Part shown: in pieces, positions 16,894 to 25,751 of the stretch
How positions within the stretch are numbered: position 1 is the stretch's first letter
How the letters are laid out: each line of letters begins with the position of its first letter
Origin: a virus
Lineage: Duplodnaviria; Heunggongvirae; Uroviricota; Caudoviricetes
IMG/VR virus record: IMGVR_UViG_3300046533_001163
Strand: one strand, 5' to 3'
DNA: 64,000 bases
Program-made: the position numbers and the translations under genes
The notes under the pieces: model-generated
What the model saw: only the letters and a program-made list of their open reading frames with translations
Database searches by the model: none
Told to the model about the DNA's origin: nothing

Positions 16894-17925
16894 CTAAACA
16901 GATGTTATGTTTTTATTAACTAAAAAAGCGGCGCAAATCATTACTAAGGCCAGCAATGCAAAATGCTGAGAAAACGACTTCTTATGCCAGACCTTAGTGT
17001 TTTTATAAGCGGACTCAATCTCAAAAATCTTCTTGTATGCCTCTGCTAAATTTTTAGGCTTAACAACTAGAAAATCTCCCCCAGTGTCCTTAACCGCTTT
17101 TAAGAAACCAGAAGAACCCATTATACCACTAATCGGCATTAAGTCAATGATATAAACAGTAATTCCGAAATTTTTACATAAATCAACGACCTTAACAGCA
17201 GAAAGATCAGACCTATTCATTGCCGTTGGATTGAAATAACCATCGGTAAAAAGAACCAGACAATTTCCCCGAGCCATTTCAGATATAGAAGATACTTTGT
17301 TTTTAAGTTTACTTATATCAGCCGTAACACCGGCTCCCAAACATCCTTTATGCATGATTTCTAAATCTGCATCAAGTAGTCCAGTATTCTTAAAGGCAAC
17401 CTTAACGCCGGTCCATAAAGCCTTTTCTACTTGAGTTCCGCCAGCAAGCGGAGGCTTTTCCCAATTAATGTCGTTCATTTTTTCTACAATGAAATCAGTA
17501 TCATCAATTAAATAAGATACAACAAAAGCATTATCTGAAAAAACAACAAAGCCCACCAAGTCCTCTCGCTTCTTTTCTTTCAGTAAATCTAGAAACTTTT
17601 CATTTGCATCCATCAATGGCTCAACTAAACTCCCGAAAACCATTGACATTGATCCGTCATTTATAAGAGTATAGCTTCTTTTTGGTGATGCATATTCAGT
17701 ATAATAACCAGAAAAGCATATTCCTACCGCTGCACAGAAAAGTGATGCACAAGCAATATAATTGAAGGCTTTTCCATAGTTAAACTTTGACTTAACGCCA
17801 GAATAAACTATAGATGAAATCTTTACATAGTATTTTGGCTTCCTTAGAATAAAAAACAAAGGAACCAATACAACTAAAAACAACCAATAAGAATGCTCTA
17901 ACGTCAAGATTAGGCTCCTGAGCAA
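16894..17925 (-). CDS. BatA-like membrane vWA-domain protein
   Basis: N-terminal transmembrane helices. MIDAS LINDGSMSM (DxSxS) ... GGTQVEKAL ... LFTDGY. C-terminal transmembrane helix. Confidence 0.65.
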   Translation of the reverse strand: MLRSLILTLEHSYWLFLVVLVPLFFILRKPKYYVKISSIVYSGVKSKFNYGKAFNYIACASLFCAAVGICFSGYYTEYASPKRSYTLINDGSMSMVFGSLVEPLMDANEKFLDLLKEKKREDLVGFVVFSDNAFVVSYLIDDTDFIVEKMNDINWEKPPLAGGTQVEKALWTGVKVAFKNTGLLDADLEIMHKGCLGAGVTADISKLKNKVSSISEMARGNCLVLFTDGYFNPTAMNRSDLSAVKVVDLCKNFGITVYIIDLMPISGIMGSSGFLKAVKDTGGDFLVVKPKNLAEAYKKIFEIESAYKNTKVWHKKSFSQHFALLALVMICAAFLVNKNITSV

Positions 17926-19382
17926 CAGTCAAGATTAACTAACTGCTTTAGTCTAACGATATCTGGAGCGGTATCCCTAGCATACGTCTTTTCCAACTCA
18001 TCAAAAATTTCATGTGCGGGGAAATATCTCGTATCATAATTTGGATTCAATTTTAAATATTCGGACATAATCTTAGCATAAACATCGCGCCAGTTATTCT
18101 GGTCGCAACCGTTTAATAGACCATTTAAAATATCCTTAAAACTAGGAATATATTCCACTATAGCAGGCTCTTTAGATGAAAAGAAAAAGTAATTAAAGCC
18201 TACCCCAATAAGAACTATAAGAACACCACATATTAGCGCAACGTACGCAAAACTCTTCCCAGAAATACTTGCAAGAACACATGGGTAATTATAGTTATCT
18301 GGTATGCTCTGAATATCTGTAATCATTGGAGTCAGTAAGCTAGATACATGAAAGACAGGATTTATTTTTATTAGGGTTGAACCAACCGTATTATTGTGTG
18401 TTGTAGAAACATAGTGATAGGCGCTAAATTGAAAAAGACCTGGAGTATAAACATGAAAAGGGTAAACAATACTATATGTCCAATAATCTTTATGATATGC
18501 CTTTTTTACCTGTGGATCTTTAAAAGCAATTAAGTTTTCGTCTATCTGCTGCATTGATAAATTAGATGAAAATGTTGCGGCAGTGACGGTAGGGTTAATA
18601 TCAAACACCGATTCAAATGTTAGATGTGCAATTTCCTCTTCTTCGGAAACCTTGTAGCTATTCGGAAGAGTGATTTCGCAGTGCAAGAACCGTTCTTCTC
18701 CAAGCGTTCCAGCACCATTATTTTCCAGCCATACCTTAACGCTAACCTGTTCTACCGGCGACATAAGAGGATGCACGCTGCTAAAGAAGGCATATCCAGA
18801 TAAAGTGGTTGATAGATATATAGAGTTTCTGTATACTCCGTAATCATCCATATGAAGAATATATTCTCCTGGGGAAATAAGCGGAGTTAGCTTAAATTCA
18901 GGCGTGTGTAAAATAGATTCTAAATACTTATTAACAGCTTCTATGGCAGATGGTTGTTTGACACTAATCCGAACGCCATCAGACAAAAAATAAAGATTAC
19001 CGTTTTCGTCCTTAATAACTGGTATCATTTGCTCATACTTACCCAATACCTTAATGGTATCCCTAATGTTATCAAACTCTATCATGTAGGCATTTGCGTT
19101 ATTACTCGCCCAAATCCCAAGCCTATCCTGCGGCCTAGATGCAGCGGCGTAGTCAGAAATTTCTTTTATGGAACCACTGTATTCTTTTACAATATCCTGC
19201 ACAATTTCAGTGCTCAACACTCCGTAGCCTGTATTACCTTTGTATAAAAGCATTTTCGGCTGTAGTTCCCAAACAACCAAATTTCCATTTTTGTTCTTAT
19301 AAGAAAAGTCGGTATCAGTATATGTTCTAGCAAAACTCACATTAGCGAGCAATAGAGTTAACACAAAACAAATAATTCTCAT
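17910..19382 (-). CDS. BatD-like protein: signal peptide, large exported domain, C-terminal transmembrane helix and a cytoplasmic tail
   Basis: Signal peptide MRIICFVLTLLLANVSFA. A single transmembrane helix FAYVALICGVLIVLIGVGF about 95 aa from the C-terminus. The call rests on topology only. Confidence 0.35.
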   Translation of the reverse strand: MRIICFVLTLLLANVSFARTYTDTDFSYKNKNGNLVVWELQPKMLLYKGNTGYGVLSTEIVQDIVKEYSGSIKEISDYAAASRPQDRLGIWASNNANAYMIEFDNIRDTIKVLGKYEQMIPVIKDENGNLYFLSDGVRISVKQPSAIEAVNKYLESILHTPEFKLTPLISPGEYILHMDDYGVYRNSIYLSTTLSGYAFFSSVHPLMSPVEQVSVKVWLENNGAGTLGEERFLHCEITLPNSYKVSEEEEIAHLTFESVFDINPTVTAATFSSNLSMQQIDENLIAFKDPQVKKAYHKDYWTYSIVYPFHVYTPGLFQFSAYHYVSTTHNNTVGSTLIKINPVFHVSSLLTPMITDIQSIPDNYNYPCVLASISGKSFAYVALICGVLIVLIGVGFNYFFFSSKEPAIVEYIPSFKDILNGLLNGCDQNNWRDVYAKIMSEYLKLNPNYDTRYFPAHEIFDELEKTYARDTAPDIVRLKQLVNLDCCSGA

Positions 19383-20164
19383 AATAGTTTCCTTACCAGC
19401 GGCAAAAGCGGATTCTGCGAAATAACATCTATACTAATCGGCGTACAATTCAATCTTAATAAATCTGTATGAATTTTATCTTGCCATGCGGCATACTTGG
19501 TCTTTGACAAATTGGCGTTCACATAGCATCCGGTTTCACCGTCAAAACAAACGCATGTTCCATAATTATTTTGATTTTCATTCATTATTAATGAATAAAT
19601 TTTATTATTAGCAGATATAAACCGAATAGCTCTTTTCGCCTTCTCCGTTAATTCAAAATAAAAATCTGAAATAATAAACACTAATGAATTTTCAGTTAAG
19701 CAGTTAGACAGCGCAGCCAAAGCGCTTTCTACATTAGACTTCCCACTAAAAACTACCCCGGCAATCGCATCCTGCACTCTGCCGTAGTCATTAGTGATAG
19801 ACATCTCTTGTGCCTTATCGCTAAACGTTAGTAACGATATTCTATCTCCAGAAAACTCAGTTAAAAACAATAGGTACAACGCTGCCAGCAAACTTACATC
19901 AGATTTATCGCCGCATTCTCCAGAACCAGACGTATCTAAAACAATATAGACATCTAGTTGTTTTTCTGGATCATATGTCTTTGCCATTATTTCATGGCAT
20001 TTAATGCTATTTTTTGTATCTATTCTCTTATCAGACGGCTGAAACTTCTTGGCTGAATTAATGTCCTCATAGTTATCCAGTAAAGATGATAGGTGATTGC
20101 CGCTTGGATAGGCGGATAGTAGGTTTTTAGCCTTTAATTCAAGGTGTCTGAAATTGCACTTCAC
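19379..20164 (-). CDS. DUF58-family protein (vWA-like, partner of MoxR ATPases)
   Basis: DKRIDTKNS matches the GDDxRxIDWK-like motif. DVYIVLDTSGSG is a DxSxS motif. LLTF, GKSNVESAL and LVFIISDF follow the DUF58 pattern. GTG start. Confidence 0.6.
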   Translation of the reverse strand: MKCNFRHLELKAKNLLSAYPSGNHLSSLLDNYEDINSAKKFQPSDKRIDTKNSIKCHEIMAKTYDPEKQLDVYIVLDTSGSGECGDKSDVSLLAALYLLFLTEFSGDRISLLTFSDKAQEMSITNDYGRVQDAIAGVVFSGKSNVESALAALSNCLTENSLVFIISDFYFELTEKAKRAIRFISANNKIYSLIMNENQNNYGTCVCFDGETGCYVNANLSKTKYAAWQDKIHTDLLRLNCTPISIDVISQNPLLPLVRKLL

Positions 20165-20193
20165 TAAATAAAGTAGTGAATACTAAATAATAT

Positions 20194-20373
20194 ATGATGG
20201 AAAAATTCACTAATTTCTTCGCTTCCTGCTCTAGCTGGATTAAAGCCAAAAAACTTCAAATTTTAAGCTACGGTATTTTGGGCGTAATCCTTTGGTGGAC
20301 GATTGTCGCGGTCTGGTGGGTAATCAAGATAATCCTATGCACCTGCTTCGGCATCTGTATCCTTTTTCCTTAA
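20194..20373 (+). CDS. small two-transmembrane protein (59 aa)
   Basis: Hand-translated: MMEKFTNFFASCSSWIKAKKLQILSYGILGVILWWTIVAVWWVIKIILCTCFGICILFP. A plus-strand ORF in an otherwise empty gap. Confidence 0.25.
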   Translation: MMEKFTNFFASCSSWIKAKKLQILSYGILGVILWWTIVAVWWVIKIILCTCFGICILFP

Positions 20374-20856
20374 TTATCTCTTCACCAAATCTTCGGCTCG
20401 TGGAAGCCAATACAGATTACTTAAAAATCCTATATGATTGTTATACGCATACTTCGGCTTAGTATATCCATTCTTGAATAGATTAAGCAATTCTTTAGAT
20501 TTAGCCGACCTAAAATAATGACCTGGACTTTTGAGTACTGCCGAAAAAATTGACTTCCTGAAGGAGTTAGCCGACCACCACCTGCCTAAATCAACATAAA
20601 TAACAAATTCTGTATCGGTAACATAAAATTTCGCTTTATTTTTAACCTTAGCATCTTTTTCAAATTCTATAATTCTGGAAACTGCATTCTCCCAGTTCCG
20701 ACTACGAAAGTAAAAATCTCTATGACCTACTAGGTATTGTTGGAGATTATCTCTACAACCGACCCAGTTGCCGTTACTTCGCGCGAATCGCATTCTTCCT
20801 CTACCATATCCGTAAATAGCGTTAGGCACATGAAGCGTACTCTTAGGTAGTTTCAT
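20374..20856 (-). CDS. hypothetical protein; tandem paralog A
   Basis: Shares MKLP and WWSANSFRKSIFSAVLKS...LLNLFKNGY with 20858..21379. Confidence 0.45.
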   Translation of the reverse strand: MKLPKSTLHVPNAIYGYGRGRMRFARSNGNWVGCRDNLQQYLVGHRDFYFRSRNWENAVSRIIEFEKDAKVKNKAKFYVTDTEFVIYVDLGRWWSANSFRKSIFSAVLKSPGHYFRSAKSKELLNLFKNGYTKPKYAYNNHIGFLSNLYWLPRAEDLVKR

Positions 20857-20857
20857 A

Positions 20858-21379
20858 CTAACCTTTCTTAACTAATTCTTTAGGCTCTTTTGTTTTTAAG
20901 TTCTCTAAAAATCCATCTGACTCTGTGTATTTTATAGACGGCACATGATACCCATCAATAAATAACTTAAGCAATTTTTGCGGCTTATCACCAGCAAAAT
21001 ACTTCTTTCTACTTTTAAGAATGGCCGAAAAAACAGACTGTCTCAAAGAATTCGCAGACCAGAAACTTCCCATTTTAACGTAAATACAATTCAATGTCTT
21101 AGTTTGATAAAATTCAGCAGGCTCTTTTAATCCCATCATTTTTTCAACATCGCGGACTCTTTTAACGCCAGATTCCCAAGTCTTATGGTAAAAATAAAAT
21201 TCATTCGTGCTATGACTCACAATATAACTATGAAAAATATCCCTGCACTCAGTCCAATAACTTGTGCGAAATTTCGCCCTATTGTTCATACTCAAGTACA
21301 TTGTACTTGGTGCGGGATTACCTGTTGGCGGTAACTTCATCTTAGCCTCAAGAAATGTAAGCTGTTCCGTTTTTAACAA
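20858..21379 (-). CDS. hypothetical protein; tandem paralog B
   Basis: FWSANSLRQSVFSAILKS...LLKLFIDGY. Confidence 0.45.
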   Translation of the reverse strand: MLKTEQLTFLEAKMKLPPTGNPAPSTMYLSMNNRAKFRTSYWTECRDIFHSYIVSHSTNEFYFYHKTWESGVKRVRDVEKMMGLKEPAEFYQTKTLNCIYVKMGSFWSANSLRQSVFSAILKSRKKYFAGDKPQKLLKLFIDGYHVPSIKYTESDGFLENLKTKEPKELVKKG

Positions 21380-21566
21380 CTAGACTGTCCGCAACTCCGG
21401 CAATAACTACATGCGGCTGTGTTTTACGCTTCCTGCTGAATGTCCGCACGCTACAATCTAAATCATCTACTAATAGGCATTGCCCACGATAATGCACAGT
21501 TAATTTCGGTGAACCAAATTTACGTGAGGCAGGTTTGTTATAATGATACCAGAAACTATAGCTCAT
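21348..21566 (-). CDS. hypothetical protein
   Basis: 72 aa ORF between paralog B and thioredoxin. Confidence 0.25.
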   Translation of the reverse strand: MSYSFWYHYNKPASRKFGSPKLTVHYRGQCLLVDDLDCSVRTFSRKRKTQPHVVIAGVADSLVVKNGTAYIS

Positions 21567-21850
21567 TTCAACTCAGCCAGTCTGCCTAAAATAATATCTT
21601 CTTTCTGAAGTCCTTCTAGCCTTGATTCTTCCTTACCATCTTTAAAAAAGATGATCGTTGGTACAGCACGAATTTTATAATGGTTCGCGGTATCAGCAGA
21701 ATGCTCCGCATCAACCTTAATAATCTTGACCACCTCTTTTAATTTGTCAAGAACTGGCTCCATCATTTTGCACGGACGGCACCAACTAGTATGAAAATCT
21801 ACTAAGACAATTCCGCTCTTAATTTCATCATTAAATTCTTTTAAATGCAT
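21563..21850 (-). CDS. trxA: thioredoxin
   Basis: WCRPCK active site (canonical WCGPCK). About 95 aa. AVPTIIFFKDGK. Confidence 0.8.
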   Translation of the reverse strand: MHLKEFNDEIKSGIVLVDFHTSWCRPCKMMEPVLDKLKEVVKIIKVDAEHSADTANHYKIRAVPTIIFFKDGKEESRLEGLQKEDIILGRLAELK

Positions 21851-22194
21851 GTTTTTTTACTCCTTACGAATGAGTTGGTCCCTGATTGGACCAACGATTG
21901 AACGGCATTAAATGAAATAAACTTAACATCTACCGCTAATAAAGCAACCTCACTCAATAAAGTTATCTGAGCGTTTTTAAGCGGCTTCAAATCCCCAATA
22001 TACGTTGACTGACCCGGACAATGATAGACAATGTATTCCTTCCCATCTAGAAGAAGTGGACCTTGAATAACCTTGATTTTATCATTAACCCTCAAACGAC
22101 GCATAGTCTTATAGGTGCCATCAGCGGAATAAATTCCGCTTGCCGTATTCCCAAGCACCCGAACTATATCGCCTACTTTAATCTTGCGCATCAA
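21841..22194 (-). CDS. hypothetical protein
   Basis: 117 aa. Confidence 0.35.
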   Translation of the reverse strand: MMRKIKVGDIVRVLGNTASGIYSADGTYKTMRRLRVNDKIKVIQGPLLLDGKEYIVYHCPGQSTYIGDLKPLKNAQITLLSEVALLAVDVKFISFNAVQSLVQSGTNSFVRSKKTCI

Positions 22195-23294
22195 TCACCG
22201 TGTACTTTAACATTTCCAAGTGTTTTAGCAATTAAATCATCAATTACATGTGATTCAGTTTGCAAATGTGGTGAAACATCAAGCAAAGAAGGAATTGCAG
22301 CGGGGTTAAGAAGCAATCGCCCTCTAAGAATTCTCGTGGCAACCGATGCAATATCAAACGGGACAACATAATCTCTACCATTTAGCATAGCGTGCGCCAT
22401 CCCGCCTGATTCAAGGTGAATCATAACACGATCATTCGCTGCGGGATGCTGCTTAAATATCTGAATATTCTCTAAAACTTTTCTTTCAGCAACAAACAAA
22501 CCGCTTTCAGCGGGATTATTAATAGCATTTAAAATTCTGGCACAGTAATAACGAATCTTGTCATCAACATAAACATGATCAAAGAAATACTCTCTTGCCT
22601 CATTTACGTCATCAAGCGTCATAACCTGCTTTAGCTCGTCAAAATTAAAATGATGAGTTCTCTTTGCTACTTCAACTTTTTCATCTGCTGTAGTCGGCTT
22701 CATCAATACTTTATAAACAAACCTATCGCTTAAAGCTTCTGAGAGCTTGGACGTTCCCTTGTGCTGCTCTGATGGGTTAAGCGTAGCAATACAAATAAAT
22801 GGATTTTTTAATTTATATGTATTATCCCCAATCGTCACCTGTTGCTCGGCCAACATTTCCAAGAATGCAGATTGCGCCTTTGGGCTAAACCGATTTACTT
22901 CATCTGCTAATAGAATATTAGCTTGATATGCGGCACCATGAACAACGTGCTTGGTTGAATCCAGTAAATACATTTCGGAACCGACTAGATCGCCTGGTTG
23001 GGCGTCTGGAATACCAGAAATTCTCTTATTAGTTCCTGCCAGAATAGACGAAACAGCTTTAACCAATACTGTCTTACCAGTCCCAGTACTTCCCTCAAGC
23101 AAAACGTGGCCGCAACCTAAAACTCGTTCTTTTGTTTCAACATTGAAATCTCTCTGGCCAACAGAGAATAGTCCCATGACCACCGTGTCAATCGCTTCAG
23201 TTTGGGCAACAATAATTCTCTTAAGAGCGTCCCGCAAAGGAAATACTCTGGTCGTAAGATATTCTTCAAATTTAGCCGGACATTTAAACTTCAT
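22191..23294 (-). CDS. MoxR-family AAA+ ATPase
   Basis: HVLLEGSTGTGKT Walker A. ILLADEVNRFSPKAQSAFLEMLAEQQVTIG. ATLNPSEQ. LSEALSDRF. Collinear with MoxR/AAA_3. Confidence 0.8.
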   Translation of the reverse strand: MKFKCPAKFEEYLTTRVFPLRDALKRIIVAQTEAIDTVVMGLFSVGQRDFNVETKERVLGCGHVLLEGSTGTGKTVLVKAVSSILAGTNKRISGIPDAQPGDLVGSEMYLLDSTKHVVHGAAYQANILLADEVNRFSPKAQSAFLEMLAEQQVTIGDNTYKLKNPFICIATLNPSEQHKGTSKLSEALSDRFVYKVLMKPTTADEKVEVAKRTHHFNFDELKQVMTLDDVNEAREYFFDHVYVDDKIRYYCARILNAINNPAESGLFVAERKVLENIQIFKQHPAANDRVMIHLESGGMAHAMLNGRDYVVPFDIASVATRILRGRLLLNPAAIPSLLDVSPHLQTESHVIDDLIAKTLGNVKVHGD

Positions 23295-23296
23295 AA

Positions 23297-23884
23297 TTAT
23301 TTCCTATTATAATGACAGTCAATTACATTACTACGGTAAAACTCTTTATATTCCATTATTCTTTTCTTGGATCTTAATCTGCTATATTCACCGGTATATT
23401 TTAGAACAGAAAGATACTCGTTCATCTTTTTCTTTCCCCATGCCTCAACCCACTTTTCGGCCTTCCATGCAGTTGCGATTGCTGCTTGAACATTATCTCT
23501 GTCCCTACTGTGATAAGACTTCCAAATTTTATTCCTATAGCAGTGTACGTGTCCCAACTCATGAAATACAAATGTAAACAATTCATTAATATTATAAAAA
23601 ACAGAAAAATTTAAATAAATGCTTCCGCATGAAGCTGTGGACGCCTCTATTTCGCAATTCTTTCTAATAACAAATTGAACATCATGCTGTAAAGAAAGCT
23701 TAGTTAAAAGTTTTTTAATCGTATTTATATGCCTGTCCGACATAAGCAACTGACTTTTCATTAAGTCAGTTGCGCCATTATTAAATACAACCCGATTATT
23801 TTTCCACATCTTTTTGCACATTCGGCAATTAGACGTAGGCTTCCTCAAAACTCGATACTTTGGATGCTTTTTACATTTAATCAT
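23297..23884 (-). CDS. putative zinc metallopeptidase (HExxH) with an N-terminal Cys-rich segment
   Basis: FHELGHVHCY. N-terminal CKKHPKY...CRMCKK. Confidence 0.4.
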   Translation of the reverse strand: MIKCKKHPKYRVLRKPTSNCRMCKKMWKNNRVVFNNGATDLMKSQLLMSDRHINTIKKLLTKLSLQHDVQFVIRKNCEIEASTASCGSIYLNFSVFYNINELFTFVFHELGHVHCYRNKIWKSYHSRDRDNVQAAIATAWKAEKWVEAWGKKKMNEYLSVLKYTGEYSRLRSKKRIMEYKEFYRSNVIDCHYNRK

Positions 23885-24270
23885 TTTACACCAATAAAGT
23901 TTTTAATTTTTAAAATAGTTTCCTGTAAATCCTGAACTTCCCATACCTCTGGTTTATTTGAACCATTAGATGTAACGGATAAAACTTCTCCACTATTATA
24001 ACATTCAATATCGGCATATAAATCACCTTTAGTAAATGCAATAGCAATCCCTTCGTCAGTAGACGGATCAATATGACTTGGCATCAAATCATATCCTGAT
24101 AATAAAGCCAAAACCTTAACCGCACTATCAAACGCAACTTGATTAGGCGGGGCGCAACCTTCAGAGTGCCAATCAGGACCGAGATTCATAATTCTCTTTA
24201 ACTGATCGTTCGGATCAATCGTAATAGGCTTTCTACCAAAACCAAATAACTGCTTTAACCAATTAATCAT
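23881..24270 (-). CDS. hypothetical protein
   Basis: 129 aa. GGAGGG RBS. Confidence 0.35.
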   Translation of the reverse strand: MINWLKQLFGFGRKPITIDPNDQLKRIMNLGPDWHSEGCAPPNQVAFDSAVKVLALLSGYDLMPSHIDPSTDEGIAIAFTKGDLYADIECYNSGEVLSVTSNGSNKPEVWEVQDLQETILKIKNFIGVK

Positions 24271-24296
24271 TTAAGACCCTCCTGGTATTCCAACTT

Positions 24297-25751
24297 TCAT
24301 TGTAATTGTAGCCCTTCCGCTACCTTCAAAGTTTTAACTTCACTCCCTACGACCAGTTCTTGTAGGAAGATTTCACCCGAGAGTTTCGCGCTCTTATTTC
24401 GGATACTGCCAACAAATTCTTTTAGATCTGCCAGACTAACCCGTAGTCCTGTAAGGACGGCTTCCTCAACGTTGTCATTCAATTTCCGCCATAAAACCCA
24501 TGAATGAATTCGTTTATCTTGGTACTTTCCTGCAAGGGTTCCCAAAACAAAATCCTTCACTCGTTTTTTAGCTTGTTTATAGAATGACAATTTTTCATTA
24601 AATCCAAGTCCTCTACGTCCTATCACGTAGGCCGCAGATTCATGGATAGTAACCTTGTGCATCCAGCGATACTTGTACTTTCCGATAATACTAGTAAACG
24701 CCGGATTAACTTTTATATACTCAACTCCATGCTCAATACATTTTCGTTCTAATAATTCTATGAATTTACGCCATACAAATGGTGCTCTTCCGCGATTTAT
24801 TTTTCTTCCGCTAAGACAAATCTCTTTTTTAAAGAACAAGTTCTCAAACACGATACCCTTATTCTTTTCTTTGGCATAATTAATTACTTGTTTTACTAAA
24901 CATCCGATATCGTAATCTCTTTTATGGGTAGAACCATATAATAAACGATTATTAATTAATGACTTGGATTCTACGAGGTTTCCATCTTTGCTTACTTCAG
25001 CCAAGGCGATTCTGTCAGGGTTTGTGTCTACCCCTATACAGCCGTTGCCTAATTTAGTTGTTGGTTCTGGAGCAGTAATTTGATAATCAATCTTAACATA
25101 AAAATGAGTGGCATCTTTTCTAATTAACCGAACATTATATGCTCTACCGCTTTGAAGTAATTCTTGCAATCTTTCCTGAAACTTTTGTGGTATGAAAAGA
25201 TGGTAATAAACCCATTTTTTAAAACCTATCGTAATTCTGAGCCTATCGCCGACAATTCTGGCATTAAGATTTCCCTGCCGAGAAGCCCTTCCGCGGCAAT
25301 AAATTTGCTTATTTCTATTATCTGTCCACTCCGCTTTTGTGATTTTGCCTAACTTGTAATCTTTCCATGCCTTTCTACCACCAAAGACAAGCTTATAATT
25401 ACTAATTAATTTATCAATTCGCCCAAGTCTTTTTTTTAATTTGTTTTTTTGTTTTAAAGAAATCTTCGTTTTTATTTTTTGCTCTATAATTTGTCTTTTT
25501 TCGCAAAATCCTTCTATTTCTGATAAAACTTTCAAATAATAAGTTTGCCCTTCATTTACGGCGTCTGCCAATTGTCTAGAATTTAAATTATTATAAATAC
25601 CCTTGGCCAATTTCTGAACCGAATAGGGCATCATCTTAGTTTTTAAAAACTTACAATATGAAAAACGAACACATGATTGAAAATCTATAATCAAACCATC
25701 TAGTTCATCAAAATTTATAGCCCATAATTCTCCATGTATAATTTTAAACAT
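24297..25751 (-). CDS. divergent TnpB/Cas12-family RuvC-fold protein lacking the zinc finger and the RuvC-III aspartate
   Basis: RuvC-I GVDTNPDRIALAEVSKDG. RuvC-II GIVFENL. VNPAFTS. After TS the CxxC...CxxC finger is absent, and DxDxNAA is replaced by TIHESAAYVIGRRG. The start MFKIIHGEL is taken just after the ALDH stop. Confidence 0.5.
   Translation of the reverse strand: MFKIIHGELWAINFDELDGLIIDFQSCVRFSYCKFLKTKMMPYSVQKLAKGIYNNLNSRQLADAVNEGQTYYLKVLSEIEGFCEKRQIIEQKIKTKISLKQKNKLKKRLGRIDKLISNYKLVFGGRKAWKDYKLGKITKAEWTDNRNKQIYCRGRASRQGNLNARIVGDRLRITIGFKKWVYYHLFIPQKFQERLQELLQSGRAYNVRLIRKDATHFYVKIDYQITAPEPTTKLGNGCIGVDTNPDRIALAEVSKDGNLVESKSLINNRLLYGSTHKRDYDIGCLVKQVINYAKEKNKGIVFENLFFKKEICLSGRKINRGRAPFVWRKFIELLERKCIEHGVEYIKVNPAFTSIIGKYKYRWMHKVTIHESAAYVIGRRGLGFNEKLSFYKQAKKRVKDFVLGTLAGKYQDKRIHSWVLWRKLNDNVEEAVLTGLRVSLADLKEFVGSIRNKSAKLSGEIFLQELVVGSEVKTLKVAEGLQLQ

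Noticed and set aside
22951-23577. 208-aa plus-strand ORF. Similar plus-strand ORFs lie at 429..650, 2441..2638, 5598..5846, 31961..32536, 34230..34565 and 38672..39052.
   Set aside because: These are antisense shadow ORFs inside well-supported minus-strand genes (MoxR, RuvB, SPFH, ClpX and others). They have no RBS and odd composition.
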